Part shown: positions 38,379 through 46,484 of the stretch, in pieces | Position numbering within the stretch: position 1 is the first letter of the stretch | Layout: every line of letters begins with the position of its first letter | Source of the DNA: an uncultured virus (IMG/VR IMGVR_UViG_2858553787_000001) | Lineage: Duplodnaviria > Heunggongvirae > Uroviricota > Caudoviricetes | Reading direction: 5' to 3' (one strand) | DNA: 64,000 bases | Virus record (IMG/VR): IMGVR_UViG_2858553787_000001 | The notes under the pieces: model-generated | What the model was told of the DNA's origin: nothing | What the model saw: only the letters and a program-made list of their open reading frames with translations | Databases searched by the model: none | Made by a program: the position numbers and the translations under genes

Positions 38379-38753
38379 TTATTCCGGCTTCGTTCCGTCA
38401 TCCATCTGGATAACTGCCATCTGCCCGAACATGCTGACGAATGCCTCCGGCACCCAGAAGCGTTCCCTGAATTTCCGGATCAGGTCTTGGGGCAGCTCTG
38501 CGAAATCTTCCTCGCCCAACCCGCAGATGAAGAAGTTCCCCTTGATGGGCTGCTCCAGCTCCGGAATGTACCGGCTGAACGGCTTCTCAGTGAACATCCC
38601 ATTGTCGTCCGTTACCAGTGCCACGGCATCCGCTTCCCAAGGGTACGTGGCTGTGATGCAGTCGCAGTCGAGGATGCGGTAGAACTCTTTCAGGGAGTTT
38701 TCAATGTCCACCACCTGCGGATGCTCCATCGGCTTGATCAGAAGAACCTTCAT
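38379..38753 (-). CDS. DUF3846-like protein
   Basis: MKVL.I.P...P, D.G, I.G.FFICG...F..L pattern. Confidence 0.7.
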   Translation of the reverse strand: MKVLLIKPMEHPQVVDIENSLKEFYRILDCDCITATYPWEADAVALVTDDNGMFTEKPFSRYIPELEQPIKGNFFICGLGEEDFAELPQDLIRKFRERFWVPEAFVSMFGQMAVIQMDDGTKPE

Positions 38754-39217
38754 TCGACCCAGCCCCCTTTCACGATTGCCCAGTCTGCAAGATGCATCTT
38801 CTGCTGTCTGCCCCATGCGATACTTTCCAACGCTTCCTCAGTTCCGCAGCGGTTGCAAATCTGGATGTCCGCCCTTCGGCTGAGTGCCTGTTGCTGATGG
38901 TCGTAGCAGTCAGGCTTTGCTCCGCACCTGGGGCAACGTGGGCCGGTCTGTCGCGTTTTACCAAGGCGGTCGAGCGACACCTTGACCTCGGCATCCGTTG
39001 CCACACGGTGGCAACTGTCCGCGCCGTAGGCAACGTTCAGATGGCTTCCGGTATCCCAGCTCACTAAGACGTTTCCAGCATCATCGACCCCGTTGCAGAT
39101 TCCCTGTGTTCCGATGGGCGGTGCCTGCCTGTCATCCATCTCATCGAGGACGATCCTGCATCCAACCGGAAACTCTTTTCTCAGCTTCTCGACCGTTTTC
39201 TTATCTGCGAAATTCAT
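38750..39217 (-). CDS. DUF4314 protein with C-terminal zinc ribbon
   Basis: P.G.R..L..M.D..PP.GT.G...VDD.G...V.WD.GS.L; CPRCG...ALSR..IC..CG. Confidence 0.8.
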   Translation of the reverse strand: MNFADKKTVEKLRKEFPVGCRIVLDEMDDRQAPPIGTQGICNGVDDAGNVLVSWDTGSHLNVAYGADSCHRVATDAEVKVSLDRLGKTRQTGPRCPRCGAKPDCYDHQQQALSRRADIQICNRCGTEEALESIAWGRQQKMHLADWAIVKGGWVE

Positions 39218-39693
39218 GCCTGCACCTCCTCGATCATCCGCTGGGCGGCATCCTTATCCATGCATTCCTTCAGCGCACCTTCGAGGATGTGCATCGGGAA
39301 GTGGAATGCCTTGTAGCCGTCATGCAGAACTTTGTAGTAATACCGGCTCGGTGCGCGGTGTCCGAAGTCGTTCTCCATGATGTAGACCATTGCGGTCACC
39401 ATCTCCGGCTCTGCCCCTTCCCGGAGCAGTTCAATGTTCAGGTCTTCCTTGCGGTAGTAGTTCGGGTAGCCCTCATAGAGGTCGAGGTTTCCTTCGTCCC
39501 TCTCGGAAATCTCCCACACCAGAACCGGTGTGTTCTTCTTCGGGTTCGGTGCGATGGTGGCGCAGCCGCGGAACAAAAGCTCCCAGCCGGCCAGCACCGC
39601 CTGCCCTGCAATTTTTGCATCCGGGCATCGGTCTGCCATCTGCTCCACCGACAGGTTGCTGCCGTAGGCGATGTAATATTTCTTGTTCTTCAT
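39214..39693 (-). CDS. Gamma-glutamylcyclotransferase (AIG2-like)
   Basis: AYGSNL...M..RCP, LD.YEG.P..Y. Confidence 0.9.
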   Translation of the reverse strand: MKNKKYYIAYGSNLSVEQMADRCPDAKIAGQAVLAGWELLFRGCATIAPNPKKNTPVLVWEISERDEGNLDLYEGYPNYYRKEDLNIELLREGAEPEMVTAMVYIMENDFGHRAPSRYYYKVLHDGYKAFHFPMHILEGALKECMDKDAAQRMIEEVQA

Positions 39694-39823
39694 TTGAATC
39701 TCTCCCTTCGGTTTTCTCCGCTCTTGTCTGGCGGTATGGTATATATCACTCTTTTGCCCTGATTTATCAAGGCCGATGAGCATCATATACTGCACAATGT
39801 TTTTTGCTTTTGACCGTGTACTT

Positions 39824-40354
39824 TTACACCATCCGCAGTTTCCTCAGATACCGGATTGCTTCCGTTCTTCCGATGCTGGCGGAAAGCCCTCGCTTCAGTG
39901 TGTCCAGCGGGAACTCCCAGTCGCTGTAGCCGCCACAAAGCAAATCGAAATACTCGATATCCGGGCAACCAAGCTGCCGCTCCTCGTGCATCACATAGGC
40001 CATGCAGGTCTTCGGCTTCTTCATGCGGTTGCCGCTCATGTTCCAGACTGGAAGCTGGAACTGCTTCTTGTAGTAGTACCGTGGGAAACCCTCATACCGA
40101 TCCAGCAGAAGCTCATCGTATTCCGAGAGTTTCCAGACCACAGCCGGTACGCTTTCGTTGGCATCCTGCTCGATGGTAGCGTAGCTTCCGGTCTTGCTCT
40201 TTTTGAACAGGAGCCGGTAGCCGTAGATCTCAGTCACACCGACCGGTACTGCGTATGGGCATCTCCGTCCCATCCGTTCCATGTCGAGGTTGCTTCCGTA
40301 GGCAAGGTAGAACTTCGATGGTGTCCGACTGATGAGTTCAAACCGCTCATTCAT
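39824..40354 (-). CDS. Gamma-glutamylcyclotransferase (AIG2-like), second copy
   Basis: AYGSNL...M..RCP, LDRYEGFP..Y. Confidence 0.9.
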   Translation of the reverse strand: MNERFELISRTPSKFYLAYGSNLDMERMGRRCPYAVPVGVTEIYGYRLLFKKSKTGSYATIEQDANESVPAVVWKLSEYDELLLDRYEGFPRYYYKKQFQLPVWNMSGNRMKKPKTCMAYVMHEERQLGCPDIEYFDLLCGGYSDWEFPLDTLKRGLSASIGRTEAIRYLRKLRMV

Positions 40355-40586
40355 CCGAAGCACCGTCCTCCCTGCCCATAAATTCCACACCCTGAAAATC
40401 TTCCTTTTCAAGTTCAATCTGGCTGTCCTGCCACCAGTCCTCCGCCATGCGCTCGGCTTCCTGGACGGTCGGCTCTTTCATTTCGGATTCATACACCGTG
40501 ATGGTTCTCTGGTAGGTTTCGGTGATGGTCACCTTGAATGCCCTTCCCATCTGGGTGATTTCATTTTTTACCGTGCTTTTTTTCAT
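40347..40586 (-). CDS. DpnD/PcfM-like small protein
   Basis: F.V.I.ET..R...V, EA....E..W...I.L...DF pattern. Confidence 0.65.
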   Translation of the reverse strand: MKKSTVKNEITQMGRAFKVTITETYQRTITVYESEMKEPTVQEAERMAEDWWQDSQIELEKEDFQGVEFMGREDGASDE

Positions 40587-40653
40587 AATCCTGCACCTCC
40601 TTCTACCACCTCAAGGGCGGTTGCCCGCCCAAAAGGTGCCCGTGCATTCCGGC

Positions 40654-41592
40654 TTATTTGTTCCGCCAGGATGCGTTGCCCTCCATGTTCCGCAGAAGGA
40701 TTTCCCTTGCCGTTGCAAATTCCTCACCGATGAATCCCAGCCTCAGCATCCAGCACCGCATTGCGTATTTGTCGTTGTCGGTCTGCTGGGCTCTTGGGCT
40801 TGCCGTTCTGACCATCTTGGCAAGCTGGCTCATCGCAAGGCAAAGCTGGATGTAGGCTTTCATCTCACCGGCATGCAGTCCGTTGCGCTTGCCGTCCGCA
40901 GGGTCTGCGAATTGGAAAAGCCGGAATTCAATGGTCCCCTTTGTGAAGGTGGCATGCAGGTTCAGCATATGGTATCGGCTTGAATTGTAGTGGGCATTCC
41001 GGTTTTCCCAGCTGGAACCGTTGCCTTCGTACCAGATGTCTGCCAGCCGGTTCATGGTGGTCGGCTTCTCTCGGTTCAGCCGTTCAAGGAAGCGGTGGTT
41101 GACCACCTGACAATAGTGTCCGGTGCGTCCGGCATCGATGCGGATGGCTCTGCCAATCTGCCGCTCATGTGCCGCCATGATGTTGACCAGATTCCGCAGG
41201 GTCTTTGCGGTGTGGTCGCCCACACCTATGTGAATGTGAACACCGCAGCCGCGGCTCGGTCCGCTTTTCCCGCCTGCCTTGCGGAGCAGCCGGATGATGT
41301 CCTGCAGGGTTTCGATGTCTTCGTAGATAAGGATCGGAGTGACCAGTTCGCATTTCTCTGCATCCGGTCCGTAGATGCTCACATCCTTCTGGAATTTCCA
41401 AACTCTGCCCTGCGGGTCTTTACAAGCCCAGCTGGAATATCCGTATTCTCTGTCCGCGTACCATGCTCTGGTTCCGAAGTATTCGGCTACCTTCTTGGCA
41501 GCTTTTTCTCTGGTGATGTTGTTCATCTCGATCTCGACCCCGATGGTCTGCTTCTTCATGGCTTCAATCTGCTCTCTTGTCTTATCGTTCAT
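40654..41592 (-). CDS. Putative amidoligase (COOH-NH2 ligase type 2)
   Basis: GVEIE, W....D.SI, ELVTP, CGVHIH, RY..LN, TIEFR. Confidence 0.9.
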   Translation of the reverse strand: MNDKTREQIEAMKKQTIGVEIEMNNITREKAAKKVAEYFGTRAWYADREYGYSSWACKDPQGRVWKFQKDVSIYGPDAEKCELVTPILIYEDIETLQDIIRLLRKAGGKSGPSRGCGVHIHIGVGDHTAKTLRNLVNIMAAHERQIGRAIRIDAGRTGHYCQVVNHRFLERLNREKPTTMNRLADIWYEGNGSSWENRNAHYNSSRYHMLNLHATFTKGTIEFRLFQFADPADGKRNGLHAGEMKAYIQLCLAMSQLAKMVRTASPRAQQTDNDKYAMRCWMLRLGFIGEEFATAREILLRNMEGNASWRNK

Positions 41593-41825
41593 GGTATGTT
41601 CTCCTTTGGCTTTTTCCTTGTTTTCCCTTTCGGTATGTGCATATTACCGTCAGGTGCGGATAATAGCAAGGATATAAAAGAACATATATTCGACAAATAT
41701 GAGGTGGAATGATCGTGTACATTTCTGCAGTTTATCCGCTTGATAATGTACATTTTCAGAGTTAATATCGGTACAATGGAAGAGGGTGTCGCATATTTTC
41801 CGGCCCCCATTGGGGGCTTGGGAGC

Positions 41826-43001
41826 TTACGCTCCCGCCTCCAGCATCTGCGCCGTGTCTGCCCCACAGTCGGGCTGTGTCGGCTGGGCTGCATCCGGTGC
41901 GACCGTTTCCCCTGTGGCAGGATTGCCGTTCTGTGCGGCTTGTTTCGCGGCTTTCAGGGCATCCCGCTTTGCCTTTTCCCTTGCAAGGAACTTCTGTGCT
42001 TCCTCATCCGTGCGGAAAGCCGCATGGCCGGAAAGGTTCTCCATGAGGATCTTGCGTGTTTCCTTGAAATCCGGACCGTTCATGCCCAGCCGTAGGAGCC
42101 ATGTGCGGAGTGCGTATTTCTCATTCTCATCGTTGACATCCTTTGCCTGGATGCGCTTCTGGCTGATAGCCTGCTGGTTCATCAGCACCGCCAGCTGTGC
42201 AAAAGCCGTCAGATGTTCGTGGTCCGGTGCAGTCGGGAAGCCGGTGAAGGTAACCTTCTCGGTGGTGATCTTCAAGCCTTCCAGTGCAGCACCATGTTCA
42301 GTCTCATAGTCGCTGACCGCGTTGATGAAGTTCATGATGGCAAAGGTGCAGCTATCGTCCTTCAGCTTCTCGACCAGCCCCTCTTCCACATGGAAGTGTC
42401 CGCCAGTCGCCTTGCCGATGAGCTTGCCGCGGCTGTAAAGAAGGTTGACCAGGTTGCGGAGAGTCACACCATTGTGCTGGCTGACCGGGAATGCAAGTTC
42501 CAAGTCCAGCGGCACTTCTCCCGGCTGGTCTTCTGCTTCTGATTGCTCCTCGCTTTCCGGCCCCTCTGCATCCGGCTCATCCTCTGCCGCATTATCCGGC
42601 TCCGATGCTTCCTCGGATTCGGCTTCCGCAAGCTCGTTTTCCTCTGCGGTATCTGCATCTTCGGATTCCTGCTCGTCCGGAGCTTCCGGCTCTGCTTCGG
42701 TATCCTCAGTCACAGGCTCCTCTTCCAAATGGTCGGTCGGCTCTGTGTCCTCCAACTGGTCATCCATGCTCTCAATGCTCTCGCCGCCGCGGATCAGTCC
42801 CTCATTCAGCAGGGTCGTCAACAGTTCGGCATCTGCATTCTCAGGCTCGACCAGAAGGTTGCCATTCCGGTCGATTGTGTAGCTCCCAATGTCGTAGGAG
42901 TACAGAGGTGCTTTGGTATAGTAAGGGTGAATGCCGGTCAGTTCCTCCATGCGTTTTGCGAGGGTCTTGCGCTCGGCTACGTTCAGTTTAAATTTCAACA
43001 T
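41826..43001 (-). CDS. Phage protein with long acidic insert and amidoligase-like C-terminal module
   Basis: 391 aa; NEKYA.R.WLLRLG..G...K..R.IL..NL.G. Confidence 0.75.
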   Translation of the reverse strand: MLKFKLNVAERKTLAKRMEELTGIHPYYTKAPLYSYDIGSYTIDRNGNLLVEPENADAELLTTLLNEGLIRGGESIESMDDQLEDTEPTDHLEEEPVTEDTEAEPEAPDEQESEDADTAEENELAEAESEEASEPDNAAEDEPDAEGPESEEQSEAEDQPGEVPLDLELAFPVSQHNGVTLRNLVNLLYSRGKLIGKATGGHFHVEEGLVEKLKDDSCTFAIMNFINAVSDYETEHGAALEGLKITTEKVTFTGFPTAPDHEHLTAFAQLAVLMNQQAISQKRIQAKDVNDENEKYALRTWLLRLGMNGPDFKETRKILMENLSGHAAFRTDEEAQKFLAREKAKRDALKAAKQAAQNGNPATGETVAPDAAQPTQPDCGADTAQMLEAGA

Positions 43002-43198
43002 GATTCATCGCTCCTTCTCGTTCATTTTTTGCGTCCCGATGTTCTTTTCGGTAGCACATATATCACTCTAAACCGGATGAATAGCAAGGCCATTTCCCGA
43101 TATTCTTCATGTTCGACCATTTACACAAGGGACTGCGAAACCTGTTGTGTAAATAGGACCAATATGTAAGCCCACCATATCACCAGGTCGCTTTCTAC

Positions 43199-43342
43199 CT
43201 AGTATAACTCGATTTTAATAAGTTTACATTATTATCCTGAAAACCAAGGGAAACGTGCGCCCAAAGCACGGACACGTAAGCCAAGAAATCAGATTACTAC
43301 CAATGCTTAAATTGTAAGCTTATTTAAATCGAGTTATACTAG
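43199..43342. mobile_element. MITE-like element (~140 bp)
   Basis: 30-bp terminal inverted repeats with 2 mismatches, including flanking CTAG on both sides; AT-rich, non-coding. Confidence 0.75.
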
Positions 43343-43359
43343 TAATATAGCGGGCCAGT

Positions 43360-45714
43360 TTATTCTTCCAGACCTGCGCACCATGCGATGCCGGCCAGAA
43401 CAAAGAATGCGTTGGCTAAGCATATGCCATTACCCCAGATACGGTACTCTGCCGAATCCGTGTAAGGGTCAGCCAGCCATTTCCGGATCTGCTTCTCCGT
43501 TTTCGGCTTCTTGGCATGGGTCACGATCTTGCGGTGCGTTTCAAACACATCCGCCCAGAACGCCAGCTCTTCTTCGGTCGGGTTTTCCGTTCCAAGATCC
43601 CTGCACCACCAGTCCGGGAAGCCCTGCAGTCTGGCACACTCGGTCGGTGTCAGACGGCGGACGGTATAGGTCACAGGTGTCGGCTGTGCTTCCGGATTGT
43701 CGATGACCAGACGGTCATTGAAAGCATCCTGCCCGTTGAAGCCGCTGGGATGCGCCCCGGCTGCTACCGTTCCCATGACACCCTCGTTCAGATGCGGCAC
43801 CGGTGCGATGGTGGTCGGGTCTTTGTAATCCCGTGCCATCAAGGTCGGTGCGACTTCTTTTGCCACCTGCATATAAGAGCCGGTGGTCATGGCATACACA
43901 TCCTCCGGTGCGCAGACTGCATGGCGGTCAGTGGCATCCAGTGTAAAGCAGACATCCTCATTGACGCCATCCCCCTGCGGACCGTTCTCATCCTTGCGGC
44001 CGATCATGTTGCCCTGCAGAACGAAGGTCTGCATCTGATCACTCCGGGTCGCCATCAAAGCTCCGGACTTGCCATGCAGGTCGATCAGCTCATTGCGCTG
44101 GTTCACATGGAACGCAGTCACATCTTCCGGCTGTGCCACAAAGGTCTGCTGCTTCATCCCCGGCTCTGCTGCCAGTGCCGCTGACTTCTCTCCCAGATCC
44201 CGGACTTCATCCCTCTGGTTCTGGGTAAAGGCGACAGCTGGCGCACCGCCGTGTGTACACGACAGTGTCGGTGCCACCTGCTCGTCCACCGTACAGTTCG
44301 ACTTACCGCCACCCTGATCCACACAAACTACAGGTTCGCAGATACACAGTCCTCCCTGATTGCAGGTCGGGTCACCACCGCTGCGGTCCAGTGTCCGGGA
44401 AGTTTCGGCCTCATAAAAACCGCTGTGCGGATTATCGGACATCATGGAGTGGCTGGCTTTGGAGCAGACACCATAGCATTTCGGAACGAACAGTGTCTGG
44501 TCGTTGTTGCAGCCGAGGGTGGCTGACTTTTCTTCCTGCCAGATGGCTCCCTTGCCGCCACCCTCGCAACCGGAGCGGATCTTCAGTGTGACTGCCGGGG
44601 AGTTTTCAACTTCTTTCACCGGACTTTCCACTGAATTTTCAACAGCGTCCATGACCATCGGGACATTACCGCCGCCCGTACCACACCGGCTTGTCAGTGT
44701 CTGCACCTTACCGTCCTCGGAAATCTTCACCCGGCTGTCAGCAGGATGATTTTCCAGTGCGATGGCGGCAGGCACAACACCAGCCCGGAGGGTCGGTGAG
44801 CGTTCCTCCTCGTATCCGATGCTTCTGGCATCTGCCGAATGCTCGGTACAGAAACCGGCAGCTTCCAGAACACACGGCTGATGCCCATGCTCCTCTGCCC
44901 GGAGGGTTCCGGTCACATCCTGGGAAACATCCATCTGCTTACCGCCCTGGTCGTTCAGACAGATCCGTCCTCCTGCTCCGCTGAAGCCTGCCTCTCCAGT
45001 GCCGCTTTCAGCACCGGCGGCAGCTCTTTGCCACGCACGGAAGCCCTCCGCAGAATACCGAGACACGCCTTCGGACTCAAATAGTACCTTTGGGGCACTC
45101 TGGTCTGCAAAATCTGCGACAAGGTAGATACGTTTTCTTCTTTGGGGAACGCCCCACCATTGTGCATCAAGAACTCGATACGCGACGCTCCATCCGTCTC
45201 CCACGTAGTAGTCAGCGTCGGGCCATCCTTTCTTCTCAGGCGCAGGCACCGAGGCGGCCGGTTCTTTAACACCGATGACAGCTTCGAGGACTGCTTTGAA
45301 GTCCTGTCCTTTGTTTGAGGAGAAGGCCCCTGGCACATTCTCCCAGACGATAAATCTTGGTTTTTCTCCATTGGTCTTACACCTCATTTCCTTCACGATT
45401 CGGATTGCTTCATAAAACAGGCTGGACCGTGAACCATCCAGACCATCTCTCTTACCGGCGATGGACATATCCTGACAGGGACTGCCAAAGGTGATGATGT
45501 CTACAGGAGGCAGGTCTGCACCGCTGATGGCGGATACATCTCCGTAATGCTTCACCTGCGGCAGACGCTTCGTCGTGACCCGGATGGCAAACGGCTCGAT
45601 CTCGCTGCTCCACACCGGAGTGATCTGCCCGGTCAAAAGCCCACCCAATGGAAAACCCCCGGAGCCATCAAAGAGGCTGCCGAGGGTCAAGGTCTTATTC
45701 TGTTCTGTGCTCAT
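43360..45714 (-). CDS. DNA cytosine-5 methyltransferase with very long variable region
   Basis: LFDGSGG (I), GSPCQD (IV), ENV (VI), QRRKR (VIII), RRLTP.ECARLQGFP (IX), GNG (X). Confidence 0.95.
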   Translation of the reverse strand: MSTEQNKTLTLGSLFDGSGGFPLGGLLTGQITPVWSSEIEPFAIRVTTKRLPQVKHYGDVSAISGADLPPVDIITFGSPCQDMSIAGKRDGLDGSRSSLFYEAIRIVKEMRCKTNGEKPRFIVWENVPGAFSSNKGQDFKAVLEAVIGVKEPAASVPAPEKKGWPDADYYVGDGWSVAYRVLDAQWWGVPQRRKRIYLVADFADQSAPKVLFESEGVSRYSAEGFRAWQRAAAGAESGTGEAGFSGAGGRICLNDQGGKQMDVSQDVTGTLRAEEHGHQPCVLEAAGFCTEHSADARSIGYEEERSPTLRAGVVPAAIALENHPADSRVKISEDGKVQTLTSRCGTGGGNVPMVMDAVENSVESPVKEVENSPAVTLKIRSGCEGGGKGAIWQEEKSATLGCNNDQTLFVPKCYGVCSKASHSMMSDNPHSGFYEAETSRTLDRSGGDPTCNQGGLCICEPVVCVDQGGGKSNCTVDEQVAPTLSCTHGGAPAVAFTQNQRDEVRDLGEKSAALAAEPGMKQQTFVAQPEDVTAFHVNQRNELIDLHGKSGALMATRSDQMQTFVLQGNMIGRKDENGPQGDGVNEDVCFTLDATDRHAVCAPEDVYAMTTGSYMQVAKEVAPTLMARDYKDPTTIAPVPHLNEGVMGTVAAGAHPSGFNGQDAFNDRLVIDNPEAQPTPVTYTVRRLTPTECARLQGFPDWWCRDLGTENPTEEELAFWADVFETHRKIVTHAKKPKTEKQIRKWLADPYTDSAEYRIWGNGICLANAFFVLAGIAWCAGLEE
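44955..45371 (-). CDS. Overprinted +1-frame ORF inside C5 MTase (beta-subunit-like)
   Basis: GAGGTG SD 8 nt upstream; TLSQIL...VP..YYLS.KAC.GILRRA..RGK.LP..L..AL. Confidence 0.7.
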   Translation of the reverse strand: MEKNQDLSSGRMCQGPSPQTKDRTSKQSSKLSSVLKNRPPRCLRLRRKDGPTLTTTWETDGASRIEFLMHNGGAFPKEENVSTLSQILQTRVPQRYYLSPKACLGILRRASVRGKELPPVLKAALERQASAEQEDGSV

Positions 45715-46484
45715 GCGGAAGCCTCCTCTCCGAGCATCTGCTCATTTGCTTTCCGGTAAAAATCTCTGGATACTTCAAATCCGTAACTGTTGCGCCCAAG
45801 TTCTCTTGCTGCTCTCAGCGTGGAGCCGCTGCCGGCGCAGGGGTCAATGACCACATCGCCCTCATCTGTAAAGGTCTCGATCAGTCGTTTCAGCACAGAG
45901 ATCGGTTTCTGGGAGGGATGGATCTTCGGATATTCCTTGCCATCCCGCTTCCAGCCAAACCAGTTGAAGATCATGTGGGGCTTTCCATCCTCACCGAGAT
46001 TACGGAACTTCGGGAGCTTTCCCCGGTACAGTACCAGAGCGTACTCCGTTGCACCCACGATCTTCATGTTGGCTTTTAAGACCTGCGGACTGTAGTCCTT
46101 GCAGAACACCAGAGGGATATAATTCTTGAAGCCGTATTTCTCTGCTTCGGTGAGCACCTTCGGGATCTGCTGGAACGCACAGAACACGATCATGCACGGC
46201 GCATCCTTCTCGCCCGTGCCGGGTTCTTTCTTCAGCAGTCGGTTGCAGAAATGGAAATACTCTGCAATGTTGAAGGTGAAGTCGGTATTGAATGCCGCTT
46301 TCCTTGCCTTGCTGCTCTCCCCGTTTTTGTTGTCGCCATCCACATACCAGTCCGGCCGGCTGGCGTAGAAATCCGTACCGATGTTGTACGGAATGTCTGC
46401 GATTACCAGCTGCGCCTTGGGGATGTTGTAGGACTTGAAGTTCTGGAAGTTGTCGTGGATGAGGACGCATTTCACATTACTCAT
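45711..46484 (-). CDS. N4C/N6A DNA methyltransferase (beta class)
   Basis: DIPY, HPSQKP, VIDPCAGSGST. Confidence 0.9.
   Translation of the reverse strand: MSNVKCVLIHDNFQNFKSYNIPKAQLVIADIPYNIGTDFYASRPDWYVDGDNKNGESSKARKAAFNTDFTFNIAEYFHFCNRLLKKEPGTGEKDAPCMIVFCAFQQIPKVLTEAEKYGFKNYIPLVFCKDYSPQVLKANMKIVGATEYALVLYRGKLPKFRNLGEDGKPHMIFNWFGWKRDGKEYPKIHPSQKPISVLKRLIETFTDEGDVVIDPCAGSGSTLRAARELGRNSYGFEVSRDFYRKANEQMLGEEASA

Larger units (their letters stand above)
35050..43087. promoter_or_regulatory. Family of ~11 repeated promoters TTG(A/C)TA-17-TAATAT or variants
   Basis: Minus: 35050-78, 35533-61, 36182-210, 36815-43, 37486-514, ~39742-70, 41641-69, ~43059-87; plus: 37585-613, 38036-64, 41740-68. Confidence 0.8.

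Noticed and set aside
35040..41770. Repeats as a CRISPR array
   Set aside because: Copies are degenerate, hundreds of bp apart and separated by whole genes; no cas genes
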